A DNA stretch of 28,768 nt, from NCBI GenBank assembly GCA_016287855.1, contig JAEEXS010000007.1, positions 1 through 28,768 on the forward strand, written 5' to 3'. Shown here piece by piece: positions 16,359-28,189 of this stretch. The notes beneath the pieces are model-generated. The model did not search any database. It was not told the DNA's origin and saw nothing but the letters and a program-made list of their open reading frames with translations. This DNA comes from Clostridia bacterium. Its GTDB lineage: Bacteria > Bacillota > Clostridia > TANB77 > RGIG9151. The translations under genes and the position numbers were made by a program. Numbering within the stretch: position 1 is the first letter of the stretch; every line of letters starts with the position of its first letter.

Positions 16359-17276
16359 TTATCTTAAGAAACCATTTATAATCTCTTCTTCAGCTTCTTT
16401 TTCAGAAAGTCCTAAAGTCATAAGTTTAATAACTTGATCTCCCGCAATTTTTCCAATTGCCGCTTCATGAATTAAATTCGCATCTACCGAACTAGCGGTT
16501 ATTTCAGGCGTAGATGTAACTCTAGCATTATCTTTAATAATTGCATCACATTCAACATGAGAAAAGCATTTATTATTTCCATATACTTTTGAAACAAACT
16601 CTTGTCTTGAACTCTCTGTAGCAACAGCACGAGATGTAAGATGAGAAGAAGAATTCTCTCCATCTAAAGTTAATTCAAATAAACTTTTAGCATATTGACT
16701 TCCATGAGTAAGTAATTTTTCATTTATAGTTAAATTTGTATTATCTAATAACGTAGCCTTTGTAATTCTCTCAGTAGAATCTACACCCTTTATTTGAATT
16801 GTTTCCATTTTCATTTCTGAACCATTTTTTAATGTAACTTCAGTAACAGGATTTAAAATCCTTTTTCCATCACCTTTTCCTTCACCATAATGCTTTTCAA
16901 CATAAGTAACCTTTGCTCCTTCTTCAAGGAAGAACCTATGAACTCCATTATGTTCAGAATCAGCATGTTCATCGTTATGAATCCCACAACCGGCAATTAT
17001 ATAAACTGTTGCATTTTTACCTATATAAAAATCATTATATACAACATCTTTTAATCCGCTTTCTGTCACAATTACAGGAATATGCACTATTTCAAACTTA
17101 GTATTTTCTTTAACAAAAATGTCTATACCAGAAACGTCAGTTTTAGTAACTATATTAACATTTTCCGTAACCTTACGTTCTATTCCCTTACCATTTTTCC
17201 GTATATTATATGCTCCTTCTAAATCTCCATCTATATCTGCTATTGTTTTTAATAAATCTTTGTCTATATCATTCAT
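16359..17276 (-). CDS. SufB/SufD-family Fe-S cluster assembly protein
   Basis: 305 aa with beta-helix-like repeats and a C-terminal HEAAIGKIAGDQVIKLMTLGLSEKEAEEEIINGF typical of SufB/D. It overlaps sufC by 8 nt (ATGAATGA). Confidence 0.8.
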   Translation of the reverse strand: MNDIDKDLLKTIADIDGDLEGAYNIRKNGKGIERKVTENVNIVTKTDVSGIDIFVKENTKFEIVHIPVIVTESGLKDVVYNDFYIGKNATVYIIAGCGIHNDEHADSEHNGVHRFFLEEGAKVTYVEKHYGEGKGDGKRILNPVTEVTLKNGSEMKMETIQIKGVDSTERITKATLLDNTNLTINEKLLTHGSQYAKSLFELTLDGENSSSHLTSRAVATESSRQEFVSKVYGNNKCFSHVECDAIIKDNARVTSTPEITASSVDANLIHEAAIGKIAGDQVIKLMTLGLSEKEAEEEIINGFLR

Positions 17277-17985
17277 CTAAAGCACCCCCTAGTTTACAGC
17301 AGCCATGAACAGGTGGTACTTCCTTAAATAATTCACTTTTACTACCTATTTTTTCAATCTTACCAGCATTTAATAAAATAACTTTATCTGCAATATTTAG
17401 TATTCTCTCTTGGTGAGAAATTATAAGAGTAGTTCCATCAACAAGATTTCTCATGTTTTCAAAAACCTTTATAAGGCTATTAAAACTCCATAAATCAATT
17501 CCTGCCTCAGGCTCATCAAAAATAGTAAGAACAGAATTTCTAACACAAACAGTAGCAATCTCTATTCTTTTCAATTCTCCACCAGATAAAGAGGAATTAA
17601 CTTCCCTATCTATATATTCTTTAGCACATAAACCTACTTTAGATAAAATTTCACAAGCTTCTTTTTTGTTTATATCTTTCCCAGAAGATAACTTTATAAG
17701 ATCATAAACTGTAATTCCCTTAAACTTAACTGGTTGCTGGAAAGCAAAACCAATACCAAGCTTTGCTCTCTCATCAATAGATAATTTCGTAATATCTTTT
17801 CCGTTAAATATAACTTGTCCAGAATCCGGTTTATAAATACCCATAATAATCTTAGCTAAGGTAGACTTTCCCGAGCCATTTGGACCAGTAATAGCTATAA
17901 ACTTATCTCCTGTTATTTCTAAATTTACATCGTCAAGGATTTTCTTATCATCCCTTGTAAAACATATATTTTTTAATTCTAACAT
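17269..17985 (-). CDS. sufC: SufC-like ABC ATPase
   Basis: 238 aa with Walker A GPNGSGKST, signature LSGGELKR and Walker B LTIFDEPEAGID. It has an unusual Cys-rich tail, VHGCCKLGG. Confidence 0.85.
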   Translation of the reverse strand: MLELKNICFTRDDKKILDDVNLEITGDKFIAITGPNGSGKSTLAKIIMGIYKPDSGQVIFNGKDITKLSIDERAKLGIGFAFQQPVKFKGITVYDLIKLSSGKDINKKEACEILSKVGLCAKEYIDREVNSSLSGGELKRIEIATVCVRNSVLTIFDEPEAGIDLWSFNSLIKVFENMRNLVDGTTLIISHQERILNIADKVILLNAGKIEKIGSKSELFKEVPPVHGCCKLGGALDE

Positions 17986-18017
17986 CTATTTTTCTAAACC
18001 TCTCCTATCTAAATATT

Positions 18018-20042
<2,025 letters not shown>

Positions 20043-20051
20043 CTAGGAAAC

Positions 20052-20080
20052 ATTTTATATCATTTTAGGTTCAAAGTCAA
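20052..20080 (-). promoter_or_regulatory. Candidate metG promoter
   Basis: The minus strand reads TTGACT-17 nt-TAAAAT, giving a leader of about 117 nt. It lies back-to-back with the plus-strand promoter below. Confidence 0.4.
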
Positions 20081-20090
20081 TTAATTTTTC

Positions 20091-20119
20091 TTGTGTTTCA
20101 CATATCAAGATGATATAAT
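20091..20119 (+). promoter_or_regulatory. Candidate extended -10 promoter for the plus-strand orphan
   Basis: TTGTGT-17 nt-TATAAT, with TG one base upstream of the -10 (tgaTATAAT). Confidence 0.45.
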
Positions 20120-20198
20120 ATCAGCGTAGAAGTGCAATATGTTTAGAACATGGTAATTACCTGGTTTCAGTCGTTAAAATAATGGAGGTGTATAAAAA

Positions 20199-20696
20199 AT
20201 GGATGGTTTCTTTAGCCATGTCCTTACTGCCATATTGTTATTTTTTGTAGGTGTTGTAGGTATATTAGTCTTGTTCTCGCTTATTCCCAGCTTGTGTCTC
20301 GCAAATTCCACTCGAAAGGACAATGAAAAGAAACTTCTCGAAGAGTTAAACAACCAAAACTGCTTTATAAGACTTTTTCTTCCGCAACTGACCGTATTGA
20401 AAACCGTTGCCCTAAAACTCTTTGGACCGTTTACCCTTGGGGCAAATTGCAAGTTAAAAGTTTTCATATCTCATTCTGGTAAACCTAATGAGTGGGATTA
20501 TTTCGGAGCTTCAACCTATGGGATCATAAACTTACTAAACCGTAGCGACTATTTATCCCTTACCATTGATTCCCAACTAAATAACTCCAAGTCATATATA
20601 GTTACTTATCTCTATGCCCCCACCAATTTAATAGAAGCTAGAGAAATGAAGCAACTAGAGCAACAGCAAGTATATAACCCAATTAATAAAGAGTAG
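20199..20696 (+). CDS. Hypothetical membrane-anchored protein (N-terminal TM helix plus a domain of about 120 aa)
   Basis: 165 aa. GGAGGTG SD 10 nt upstream. TM segment HVLTAILLFFVGVVGILVLFSLIPSL. The rest looks beta-rich (FTLGANCKLKVFISHSG...SYIVTYLYAP). It has its own promoter and terminator. I recognise no family. Confidence 0.6.
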   Translation: MDGFFSHVLTAILLFFVGVVGILVLFSLIPSLCLANSTRKDNEKKLLEELNNQNCFIRLFLPQLTVLKTVALKLFGPFTLGANCKLKVFISHSGKPNEWDYFGASTYGIINLLNRSDYLSLTIDSQLNNSKSYIVTYLYAPTNLIEAREMKQLEQQQVYNPINKE

Positions 20697-20720
20697 AAAA
20701 TCTTTTTAGAATTTTCTACT
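20690..20720. terminator. Bidirectional terminator between the convergent orphan ORF and the Lon-like gene
   Basis: GAGTAGAAAAT / ATTTTCTACTC, a perfect 11-bp stem with a 9-nt loop. It overlaps the TAG of the plus-strand ORF, and T-rich tracts follow on both strands. Confidence 0.7.
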
Positions 20721-20733
20721 CTTTCTCTTAATC

Positions 20734-23157
20734 TTAATATTTTGTTACTCCAGCTTCTTCTTTTCCAAAATTAACAACTGTTAAAGCATATTGTCTTAAT
20801 TTATCATAAGCCATAGCATTAATTGTTCCTTTCGGATAAGTCCCATCTTTCTTCTTCTTTCCAGCAGGAATACCCGTTAAAATTTCAATTCCTTCATCTA
20901 TAGTTTTTACAGGCCAAATGTGGAATTTACCAGCTTTTACAGCTTCAATAACTTCATCTTTCAAATGTAGATTCTTAACGTTTTGGATAGGAATGATAAC
21001 TCCTTGCTCTCCAGTTAATTTTCTAGCTTTACAAACATCAAAGAATCCTTCAATTTTATGAGTTGCACCGCCTATTGGTTGAATTTCACCTTTTTGGTTA
21101 ACGGAACCTGTAACTGCAATTCCTTGATTTATAGGTGCTCCAGATAAGCTAGATAAAATAGCATATATTTCTGTACTAGAAGCACTATCTCCATCTACTC
21201 CACCATATAATTGTTCAAAACATAAACTTGCTGTAAGAGCTAAAGGTAAATCTTGAGCATATTTTTCACCAATATAAGCACTTAAAATTAGGACACCTTT
21301 TGTATGGGTCGTACCACTCATATCTGCTTCACGCTCAATATTTACAATCCCAGATTTTCCAATAAAAGTGTTAGCAGTAATTTTAGATGGTTTCCCAAAC
21401 ATGCAATCTCCAAGATCAAGAACTGATAATCCATTTATTTGTCCAACCGCCTTTCCTGTAGTATCTACCATTATAGTATTATCTAGTATCATTTCTTGCA
21501 TTCTCTTATCATAGTTATTTACTCGATTTAATTTTTCAATCATTGCTTTTTTTACATGGCAAGCAGAAACTTTTTCGGCTTTGTCTTGCATTGCCCATGT
21601 GGCAGACTCGGTTAAAATTTGAATCAAATCAGTAAACTTAGTAGATAATTTCTTTTGATCATCTGCAATTTGTGAAGCACACTCGGCAATCGCGGCAACT
21701 CCACTCGGATCAAACGGTAAGGTCTTATCTTTTTCACAAAATGCACTAACGAATGCTGCTAGCCTTTTCAAATTCGCTACCGTATTATCCATTTCCTCTT
21801 CAAATTCTACTTTAACCTTAAATAATTTTGTAAAATCATCATCTGCTTCCCAAAGTAAATGGTAAATATCAGGCGTACCAACAAGTATTACTTTAATATT
21901 AAGCGGTATTGCTTCAGGTTTTAATCCAGAAACAGGAACAACTGTAAGTTGATCTTTCATATTTTCAATAAGGATTTCTCCAGTTCTTAAACAACGCTTT
22001 AATGCTTCCCAAGACATTGGATTTAATAAAACATCTTTTACTTGTAAAATCAAATATCCGCCGTTAGCTTTATGAAGTAATCCAGATTTAATCTTTGTAA
22101 AATCAGTTGTCATCGCACCAAATTCATTATCATATTCAGTTTTTCCTACTAAATTATGGAATGTAGGATTGTAATCTACAACTATTGGCGCACCTTTTGT
22201 TTTAGAGTTATCTACGAATAAATTTACTTTATAATTCTTAACTGGAGAATCATTCTCTTTTTTTAGTACATTTTGAAGAAACATTTGAGCTTCTTCTGGG
22301 ATATCTTCTTCTTCAAACTTATCTATATTCGCCAAAATATCGTTTTGAACTTCATATAAATAGTTAACTATCTTAGGGTATTCTTTGTATTTAATCATTA
22401 AATCATCTATATGAACTCCTACTGCAAATAATGCTGTTTGATTTTCCCACTCTTCTATACTATCTTCAGTTTCTTTTTCTAGTTCTTTTATCTTACGGAT
22501 AGTTTCCATTGTTTTAAGTTGGACTTTTCCAGATTTAGCCATAATCTTGTTTTTTACTTGATCATCTAAATCGTTAAACTCTTCTTCAGTTAAAGCTTGA
22601 CCATTTATTATAGGTAAGAAATATATTCCGTTTGGTGTGGTTTTAACCTTAAAACCTTGCTTTTCAGCTATAATATTAAGTTTCTCAACTAATTCCGTTC
22701 TTTGATCTTGAAACTCTTGTAAAATTCTATTCTTTTCATTTTCATAATCGCTATTATCAAAAGCTTTAGGAAGTTCAGCAGAAATATCTTTTACGAACTC
22801 ATCCATATCCGCTGCGAATTCTTTTCCTTTCCCAGCAGGAAGCGATATTGCAAGAGGTTGATTTGGATCATCAAAGTTATATACATAAACCCAATCATTT
22901 GGAGCTTCTTTCTTCTTTGCATATTTTTTCACGAATTCTTTAGCAAAACTCGTCTTCCCAGTTCCTGTTGAACCTGAAAGATATATGTGATATCCTTTTG
23001 CGTCGATATTAAGTCCAAATTCAAAAGCTTTAGCCGTCTTACCTTGACCAATTATTTCTCTTGATGGTGAAACCTCCCTTGTATCTTTAAACTTAAAAAT
23101 TTTCTCATCGCAAAAAAATTTCAGCTCATCATAATTTAGTTCTTTCAAAACTCTCAT
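20734..23157 (-). CDS. Lon-like ATP-dependent protease (COG1067/LonB-type: AAA+ domain plus C-terminal Lon S16 protease domain)
   Basis: Walker A GSTGTGKTS and the Lon protease region GVDGDSASSTEIYAILSSL...VTGSVNQKGEIQPIGG. The start is taken as ATG 23157 (MRVLKELNYDEL), which overlaps the rimI TGA as ATGA. The GTG at 23184 in the track has no SD. Confidence 0.85.
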   Translation of the reverse strand: MRVLKELNYDELKFFCDEKIFKFKDTREVSPSREIIGQGKTAKAFEFGLNIDAKGYHIYLSGSTGTGKTSFAKEFVKKYAKKKEAPNDWVYVYNFDDPNQPLAISLPAGKGKEFAADMDEFVKDISAELPKAFDNSDYENEKNRILQEFQDQRTELVEKLNIIAEKQGFKVKTTPNGIYFLPIINGQALTEEEFNDLDDQVKNKIMAKSGKVQLKTMETIRKIKELEKETEDSIEEWENQTALFAVGVHIDDLMIKYKEYPKIVNYLYEVQNDILANIDKFEEEDIPEEAQMFLQNVLKKENDSPVKNYKVNLFVDNSKTKGAPIVVDYNPTFHNLVGKTEYDNEFGAMTTDFTKIKSGLLHKANGGYLILQVKDVLLNPMSWEALKRCLRTGEILIENMKDQLTVVPVSGLKPEAIPLNIKVILVGTPDIYHLLWEADDDFTKLFKVKVEFEEEMDNTVANLKRLAAFVSAFCEKDKTLPFDPSGVAAIAECASQIADDQKKLSTKFTDLIQILTESATWAMQDKAEKVSACHVKKAMIEKLNRVNNYDKRMQEMILDNTIMVDTTGKAVGQINGLSVLDLGDCMFGKPSKITANTFIGKSGIVNIEREADMSGTTHTKGVLILSAYIGEKYAQDLPLALTASLCFEQLYGGVDGDSASSTEIYAILSSLSGAPINQGIAVTGSVNQKGEIQPIGGATHKIEGFFDVCKARKLTGEQGVIIPIQNVKNLHLKDEVIEAVKAGKFHIWPVKTIDEGIEILTGIPAGKKKKDGTYPKGTINAMAYDKLRQYALTVVNFGKEEAGVTKY

Positions 23158-23615
23158 CCTCCATCTTTTGTTTCCATTCGCCACATTATAATAGCATCTT
23201 CATTTGTATCTGCATAATATCCTTTTCTAGTACCACATTCTGCAAATTGGAACTTCTTATATAAATTTTGTGCAATAACATTGCTACGCCTTACTTCTAA
23301 AGTAAATGCGTTAATTCCCTCCTCGCTACACAAAGAAAGCAGTTCGGAAACTAACATACTACCAATTCCCTGACCTCTATAATCAGGATGAACTGCAATA
23401 TTAGTTATATGTCCTTCGTTTTGAATCCTCCAGACACCTATATATCCGACTGCTACGTTTTCAACTTTTGCTACTAAATATAAAGCTATTTCATTTTCAG
23501 TTAATTCTCTAATAAAGGAGTTTTTAGACCACGGGATAGAAAAGCATTCATTTTCTACCACTACTACATTCTCTATATCGTCAATTGTCATTCTTTCTAT
23601 AACAATTTTTTGCAT
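23154..23615 (-). CDS. rimI: Ribosomal-protein-alanine N-acetyltransferase (GNAT)
   Basis: 153 aa. The GNAT motif A is VHPDYRGQGIGSML, and it sits immediately after tsaB. Confidence 0.85.
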   Translation of the reverse strand: MQKIVIERMTIDDIENVVVVENECFSIPWSKNSFIRELTENEIALYLVAKVENVAVGYIGVWRIQNEGHITNIAVHPDYRGQGIGSMLVSELLSLCSEEGINAFTLEVRRSNVIAQNLYKKFQFAECGTRKGYYADTNEDAIIMWRMETKDGG

Positions 23616-23621
23616 ATTTTT

Positions 23622-24281
23622 TTAAACCTCGCGTTCTGGTTGAGCTTTTCTTAGATAAATTGGCAAAATTTCATGTGGAATTTTTGCAACATTTTCATCT
23701 TTGAAATACCTATTTAATGCATATTTTCCAATATCAGAACTCAACTCTATTTTTTTCTCAAAAATTTCACAATTTATTTTTTCTTTTAATAAATCACAAA
23801 ATTCCTCTGTTGCATCCCCCACTATGATAAATTTTTCTCCAATTTCTTTTAATTTGTCTATTACCTCATTAATTTCATAACAATCTGCATCCAACAGCTC
23901 TCCATTATGCTTTATTTGGGCATAAACATTCCCATGTCTTGCATTAATTATAGCGCAAACATTATTGCTATCTGCCATTTGAATTAAGCCTTCTAAAGAA
24001 GTAACCGGTATTACCTTTTTATTTAATGCCTGGGCCATACCTTTTACTGTTGCTACTCCTATTCGTATTCCTGTAAAAGAACCCGGACCTACGGACACCA
24101 CAAACATATCTATATTGTCTATAGATATGTTTTCTCCTTTTAACAATTCATCTAGCATAGGCAAAAGCTTTTCAGAATGAGTCTTTTCTTCATCTGAAAT
24201 CTTTTCTTTTATAAGTTCTCTATCTTCAAAAATAGAAACAGATGCTACTTTATTTGATGTATCAATAGCTAATGTCTTCAT
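23622..24281 (-). CDS. tsaB: tRNA threonylcarbamoyladenosine (t6A) biosynthesis protein TsaB
   Basis: 219 aa. MKTLAIDTSN..., then VSVGPGSFTGIRIGVATVKGMA, the YeaZ/TsaB signature. Confidence 0.9.
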   Translation of the reverse strand: MKTLAIDTSNKVASVSIFEDRELIKEKISDEEKTHSEKLLPMLDELLKGENISIDNIDMFVVSVGPGSFTGIRIGVATVKGMAQALNKKVIPVTSLEGLIQMADSNNVCAIINARHGNVYAQIKHNGELLDADCYEINEVIDKLKEIGEKFIIVGDATEEFCDLLKEKINCEIFEKKIELSSDIGKYALNRYFKDENVAKIPHEILPIYLRKAQPEREV

Positions 24282-24302
24282 AATAATTCCCTTTCAATCA
24301 TT

Positions 24303-26078
24303 TTAATTAGAAATTCTAAGTCTTATTCTAACTTCTGTACCCTTTCCTACATCACTATCTATTTTAATTGTACCACCATTTGCGTCAATCATAGTTTTTG
24401 CAATAGATAATCCAAGACCAGTTCCACCCATCTCTCTGCTTCTCGCTTTATCTACTCTGTAAAATCTCTCAAATATCCTTGGCAAGTCCTCTTTAGGAAT
24501 TCCAATACCATTATCTTTGACTAGTATTTCAACATTGTCTCCAATTTGCTCGACTTTAACAGCAATTTTTCCCTTTTCAGGAGTGTATTTTATAGCATTA
24601 GAAATTATATTTAGTAATACCTGGTCAATATCTGATTCGTTTGCATAAGCAAATATTTCTTCGTCATCATTAAATAAAACTAATTCTTGCTGCTTCTTTT
24701 CAGCTTCAATAATTATTTTATCTATACAATTTGATGCCATTTTTACCACATTAAAGGAAGCTCGATTAACAACATTATTTTGGAAATCCATCTTAGAAAG
24801 TTTAAGTAAGTCGCTAACTAATCTTGCCATTCTCTCAGCTTCTTTATTTATAACCTCTAAGAACTTAGACGATGTTTCTTTATCTATTTCCTTATCTTCA
24901 AGTAATGTTTCAGAATATCCTCTAATAGATGTTATTGGTGTTTTTAACTCATGAGAAACGTTTGCAACAAATTCCTTTCTCATTTTTTCTAGGTTTTCTT
25001 GTTCTGTTACATCCTGGATAACAACTATTATACCCGTAATACTATCATTATTACCACCAAAAACTCTCGCAAACAATAAATTTAAGAATTTATCATTAAC
25101 TTCAAATTTCTGACTAATAGAACTTCCTTGATTTGCATGCATAATGTCTTCAAAAGAAACATTTATGCCAATATTAGAGAAAATCTCGTTAAATTTCATT
25201 GTTTCGCCGGAAATACTTAAAAATTCTTGGCCTGACGGGTTCGCATGGATTAACTCGCCATTTTCGTCAAACGCAATAACTCCATCGCTCATATTTTGAA
25301 GTAATGCCTCAAGCTTTCCTTTTTCTTGAGATATTTCATTTAACGTAGTTTTTAGCCTTCCGCCCATGTAATTGAACTTACTTGCAAGAAGTGAAATTTC
25401 ATCTCCAGATTTAGGCTCTTTTATTAAAGAAAAGTCTCCGTTTGCCATTTTTTCAGCACTTTTGGTAAGTTTATCTACAGGTATTGTTATTGCTTTTGCC
25501 AAAATGAAACTAACAAACATCGAAACAAGCAAAGCTACTACAACAACATAGACTATACTTTTCTTTAGTGAAGCAATAATCTCGTTTATTGTATCTTTTC
25601 CTTGCTTTAAATAACAAATATATTTCACTTCGCCTTTTATTATAACAGGCTTAGCATAATCAAAATAATCCTTATCTATTGTACTATTATTTCCAATATT
25701 CCCACTCATCGCCAAAATAATATTGTCTGTTATTTCAATTGGTTCAGATAATAAACTCTTATTTTCTGGAAGTATTATATCTCCAACTGGAGATAATAAA
25801 TAACCTTTTTTGGTTGTATCATCTATTTGGAAATACATCTTAAATACTCTAAATAATTGATTTGCATATTCAGTTTCATCATCAATAAGTATATCATCAG
25901 ATATAATATCTGATTTTACCAAATCATTCTCGAATTGTTGCATATCTGCAGCAAAACCATTTGAATATGTATCTTCTATTGTTGAAATCAAAATAGTTCC
26001 AACCATTATCATAAGGCAGATAATAAATAAAAACATAACTGCCATGAGTCGCCATTGAAGTCTTCTAAAGAATTTCAA
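24303..26078 (-). CDS. Sensor histidine kinase (2 TM, HAMP, PAS, HisKA, HATPase_c; WalK/PhoR-like)
   Basis: 591 aa with H-box FVANVSHELKTPITSI, N-box LLNIISNAIKYTP and G-boxes DNGIGIP and GGTGLGLSI. TTG start 5 nt after a GGAGGTG SD. Confidence 0.9.
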   Translation of the reverse strand: MKFFRRLQWRLMAVMFLFIICLMIMVGTILISTIEDTYSNGFAADMQQFENDLVKSDIISDDILIDDETEYANQLFRVFKMYFQIDDTTKKGYLLSPVGDIILPENKSLLSEPIEITDNIILAMSGNIGNNSTIDKDYFDYAKPVIIKGEVKYICYLKQGKDTINEIIASLKKSIVYVVVVALLVSMFVSFILAKAITIPVDKLTKSAEKMANGDFSLIKEPKSGDEISLLASKFNYMGGRLKTTLNEISQEKGKLEALLQNMSDGVIAFDENGELIHANPSGQEFLSISGETMKFNEIFSNIGINVSFEDIMHANQGSSISQKFEVNDKFLNLLFARVFGGNNDSITGIIVVIQDVTEQENLEKMRKEFVANVSHELKTPITSIRGYSETLLEDKEIDKETSSKFLEVINKEAERMARLVSDLLKLSKMDFQNNVVNRASFNVVKMASNCIDKIIIEAEKKQQELVLFNDDEEIFAYANESDIDQVLLNIISNAIKYTPEKGKIAVKVEQIGDNVEILVKDNGIGIPKEDLPRIFERFYRVDKARSREMGGTGLGLSIAKTMIDANGGTIKIDSDVGKGTEVRIRLRISN

Positions 26079-26096
26079 AGTGCCACCTCCGTGAAT

Positions 26097-26798
26097 TTAT
26101 TTTTTAAAGTAATAACCAACACCACGTTTTGTTAAAATATATTCCGGTTCAGCTGCATTATTTTCTATTTTTTCTCTAAGTCTTCTTATTGTAACGTCTA
26201 CTGTTCTCATATCACCGTAATATTCATATCCCCAAACTTTTTCAAGCAAAGCTTCTCTCGAAAAAACTTGTCCTGAATAATTTGCTAAAAACTTTAATAA
26301 TTCAAACTCTCTTAGAGTAAGATCTATTACTTGATTATTCTTAGATACTTCATATCTTGTAAAGTTTATCGCTAAATCTCCTATCTTCATTTCATCTTGT
26401 GCTTCTTGGGTATCTGCTTGAGTTTCAGTTATCTCGCTTCTTCTTAAGTTAGCTTTAACTCTAGCAAGTAACTCTCTTATTCCAAAAGGTTTTGTCATAT
26501 AATCATCTGCACCAAGCTCTAAGCCTAGGACCTTATCTACCTCTTCTTCTTTTGCTGTTATCATTATTATAGGTGTAGAAATTTTTTCACGTAACTTTCT
26601 ACATACAGTAAACCCATCCATCTTAGGAAGCATAACATCTAACAAAATAACATCTGGTTTTTCACTTAAAGCCATATTATATGCTGTTTCTCCGTCATAA
26701 GCCTCAATAACTTCATGGCCTTCTTTTTTTAAGTTAAAACTAATTAAATCTACAATTGGCTTCTCATCATCAACAACCAAAATCTTTCTTGCCATCAC
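26097..26798 (-). CDS. OmpR-family response regulator
   Basis: 233 aa. Receiver domain (ILVVDDE...DVILLDVMLP...KPF) plus a winged-helix output domain (LTLREFELLKFL...TVDVTIRRLREKIE...ILTKRGVGY). The start is GTG 26798 or ATG 26795, downstream of an AGGAG SD. Confidence 0.92.
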   Translation of the reverse strand: MMARKILVVDDEKPIVDLISFNLKKEGHEVIEAYDGETAYNMALSEKPDVILLDVMLPKMDGFTVCRKLREKISTPIIMITAKEEEVDKVLGLELGADDYMTKPFGIRELLARVKANLRRSEITETQADTQEAQDEMKIGDLAINFTRYEVSKNNQVIDLTLREFELLKFLANYSGQVFSREALLEKVWGYEYYGDMRTVDVTIRRLREKIENNAAEPEYILTKRGVGYYFKK

Positions 26799-26817
26799 TA
26801 TACACTCCTTTCTTAAC

Positions 26818-28068
26818 TTATTTTAACATATCGCTAACTGCTTTCATAATACCAATTTTACCAGACTCAAAAGTAAGTCCACCTTGCATATATACAATAT
26901 ATGGTTCTCGTATAGGTGCATCCGCACTAAGTTCTATCGAAGAGCCTTGATTAAAAGTACCAGCAGCCATTATAACTTCGTCTTTGTACCCTGGCATAGC
27001 CCATGGTACCGGAACTACATACGAATCTATAGGTGAAGCACTTTGTAGTCCTTGACAGAATTTTATTAATTTATCTTTATCCCCTATTTTTACTGATTGA
27101 ATAATATCATGACGTATCTCATTTGAAGCTGGTTCTGCTGTAAAACCATATTCCTCTAATAACCCCGCACAAAAGATAGATGTTTTTAATGCTTGAGCCA
27201 CTACATGCGGTGCCAAAAATAGTCCTTGTAAAACTAATTTATTAAACCCTAAAGTTGCTCCACACTCTTTTCCAATTCCAGGACAAGTTAATCTTTGAGC
27301 AACTAAATCAACATACTTAGTCTTTCCTACAACATACGCCCCATTAGGAGCGATTCCGGCGCCTAAGTTCTTTATGAGTGAACCTGCAATTAAATCAGCT
27401 TCATATGGTTCTACTTCATCAACAAACTCTCCATAGCAATTATCTACAAAACAAACCACATCTGGGAAGCTACTATGTATTTCTTTAATTACGGAATTTA
27501 TATATTCCGCGGAAAAAGTTTTTCTCCATCCATAACCTTTAGAGCGTTGTATTTCTATCATCTTTACATTATTTTTAGATATATAATCTAATACTTCATC
27601 TAATTTAATATTAAACTCTTCATCTAAATCTATTGCTTTATAATTAACTCCGAAATCTTTAAGCGAACCCATTCCTTCGCCTCTTATAGTATTACCCAAT
27701 GTATCGTATGGCTCGCCAGATATTGCCAGTAAAGTATCTCCAGGTCTTAATATACCAAAAAGGCAAGTAGAAATAGCATGAGTTCCAGAAACAAATTGAA
27801 CTCTTACTAAAGCGTCTTCTACGCCAAAAATATCTGCATAAACCTTTTCAATAGCCTCTCTGCCCAAGTCGTTATATCCATAACCAGTAGTACCATAAAA
27901 ATGAGCCTCAGCTATTTTATTTTTTCTAAAAGCAGATAATACCTTTAATTGATTATACTCTGCCATTTTTTCTATATGTTCAAATTGATCTTTTATTTTA
28001 TTTAATACAATATTTGAAGTATTTATAACATCTTCACTAATTTCAAATTCTTTATACATAGTTTTCAT
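26818..28068 (-). CDS. YnbB/aluminium-resistance-family PLP-dependent protein (methionine gamma-lyase-like)
   Basis: 416 aa. HFYGTTGYGYNDLGREAIEKVYADIFGVEDALVR and FVSGTHAI are typical of this family. A TTGACA-17-TAGAAT promoter candidate lies at about 28092-28120 on the minus strand. Confidence 0.8.
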   Translation of the reverse strand: MKTMYKEFEISEDVINTSNIVLNKIKDQFEHIEKMAEYNQLKVLSAFRKNKIAEAHFYGTTGYGYNDLGREAIEKVYADIFGVEDALVRVQFVSGTHAISTCLFGILRPGDTLLAISGEPYDTLGNTIRGEGMGSLKDFGVNYKAIDLDEEFNIKLDEVLDYISKNNVKMIEIQRSKGYGWRKTFSAEYINSVIKEIHSSFPDVVCFVDNCYGEFVDEVEPYEADLIAGSLIKNLGAGIAPNGAYVVGKTKYVDLVAQRLTCPGIGKECGATLGFNKLVLQGLFLAPHVVAQALKTSIFCAGLLEEYGFTAEPASNEIRHDIIQSVKIGDKDKLIKFCQGLQSASPIDSYVVPVPWAMPGYKDEVIMAAGTFNQGSSIELSADAPIREPYIVYMQGGLTFESGKIGIMKAVSDMLK

Positions 28069-28189
28069 TCCTTCGCAAAATTTTCCAAGCTAATTCTACT
28101 ACTTTCTCCAAATACTGTCAACTTTTACTAGCACCATATTGTCTTATATTTCATATATTGAATTAGGAGAATATGAAAGAAGGATTGTT

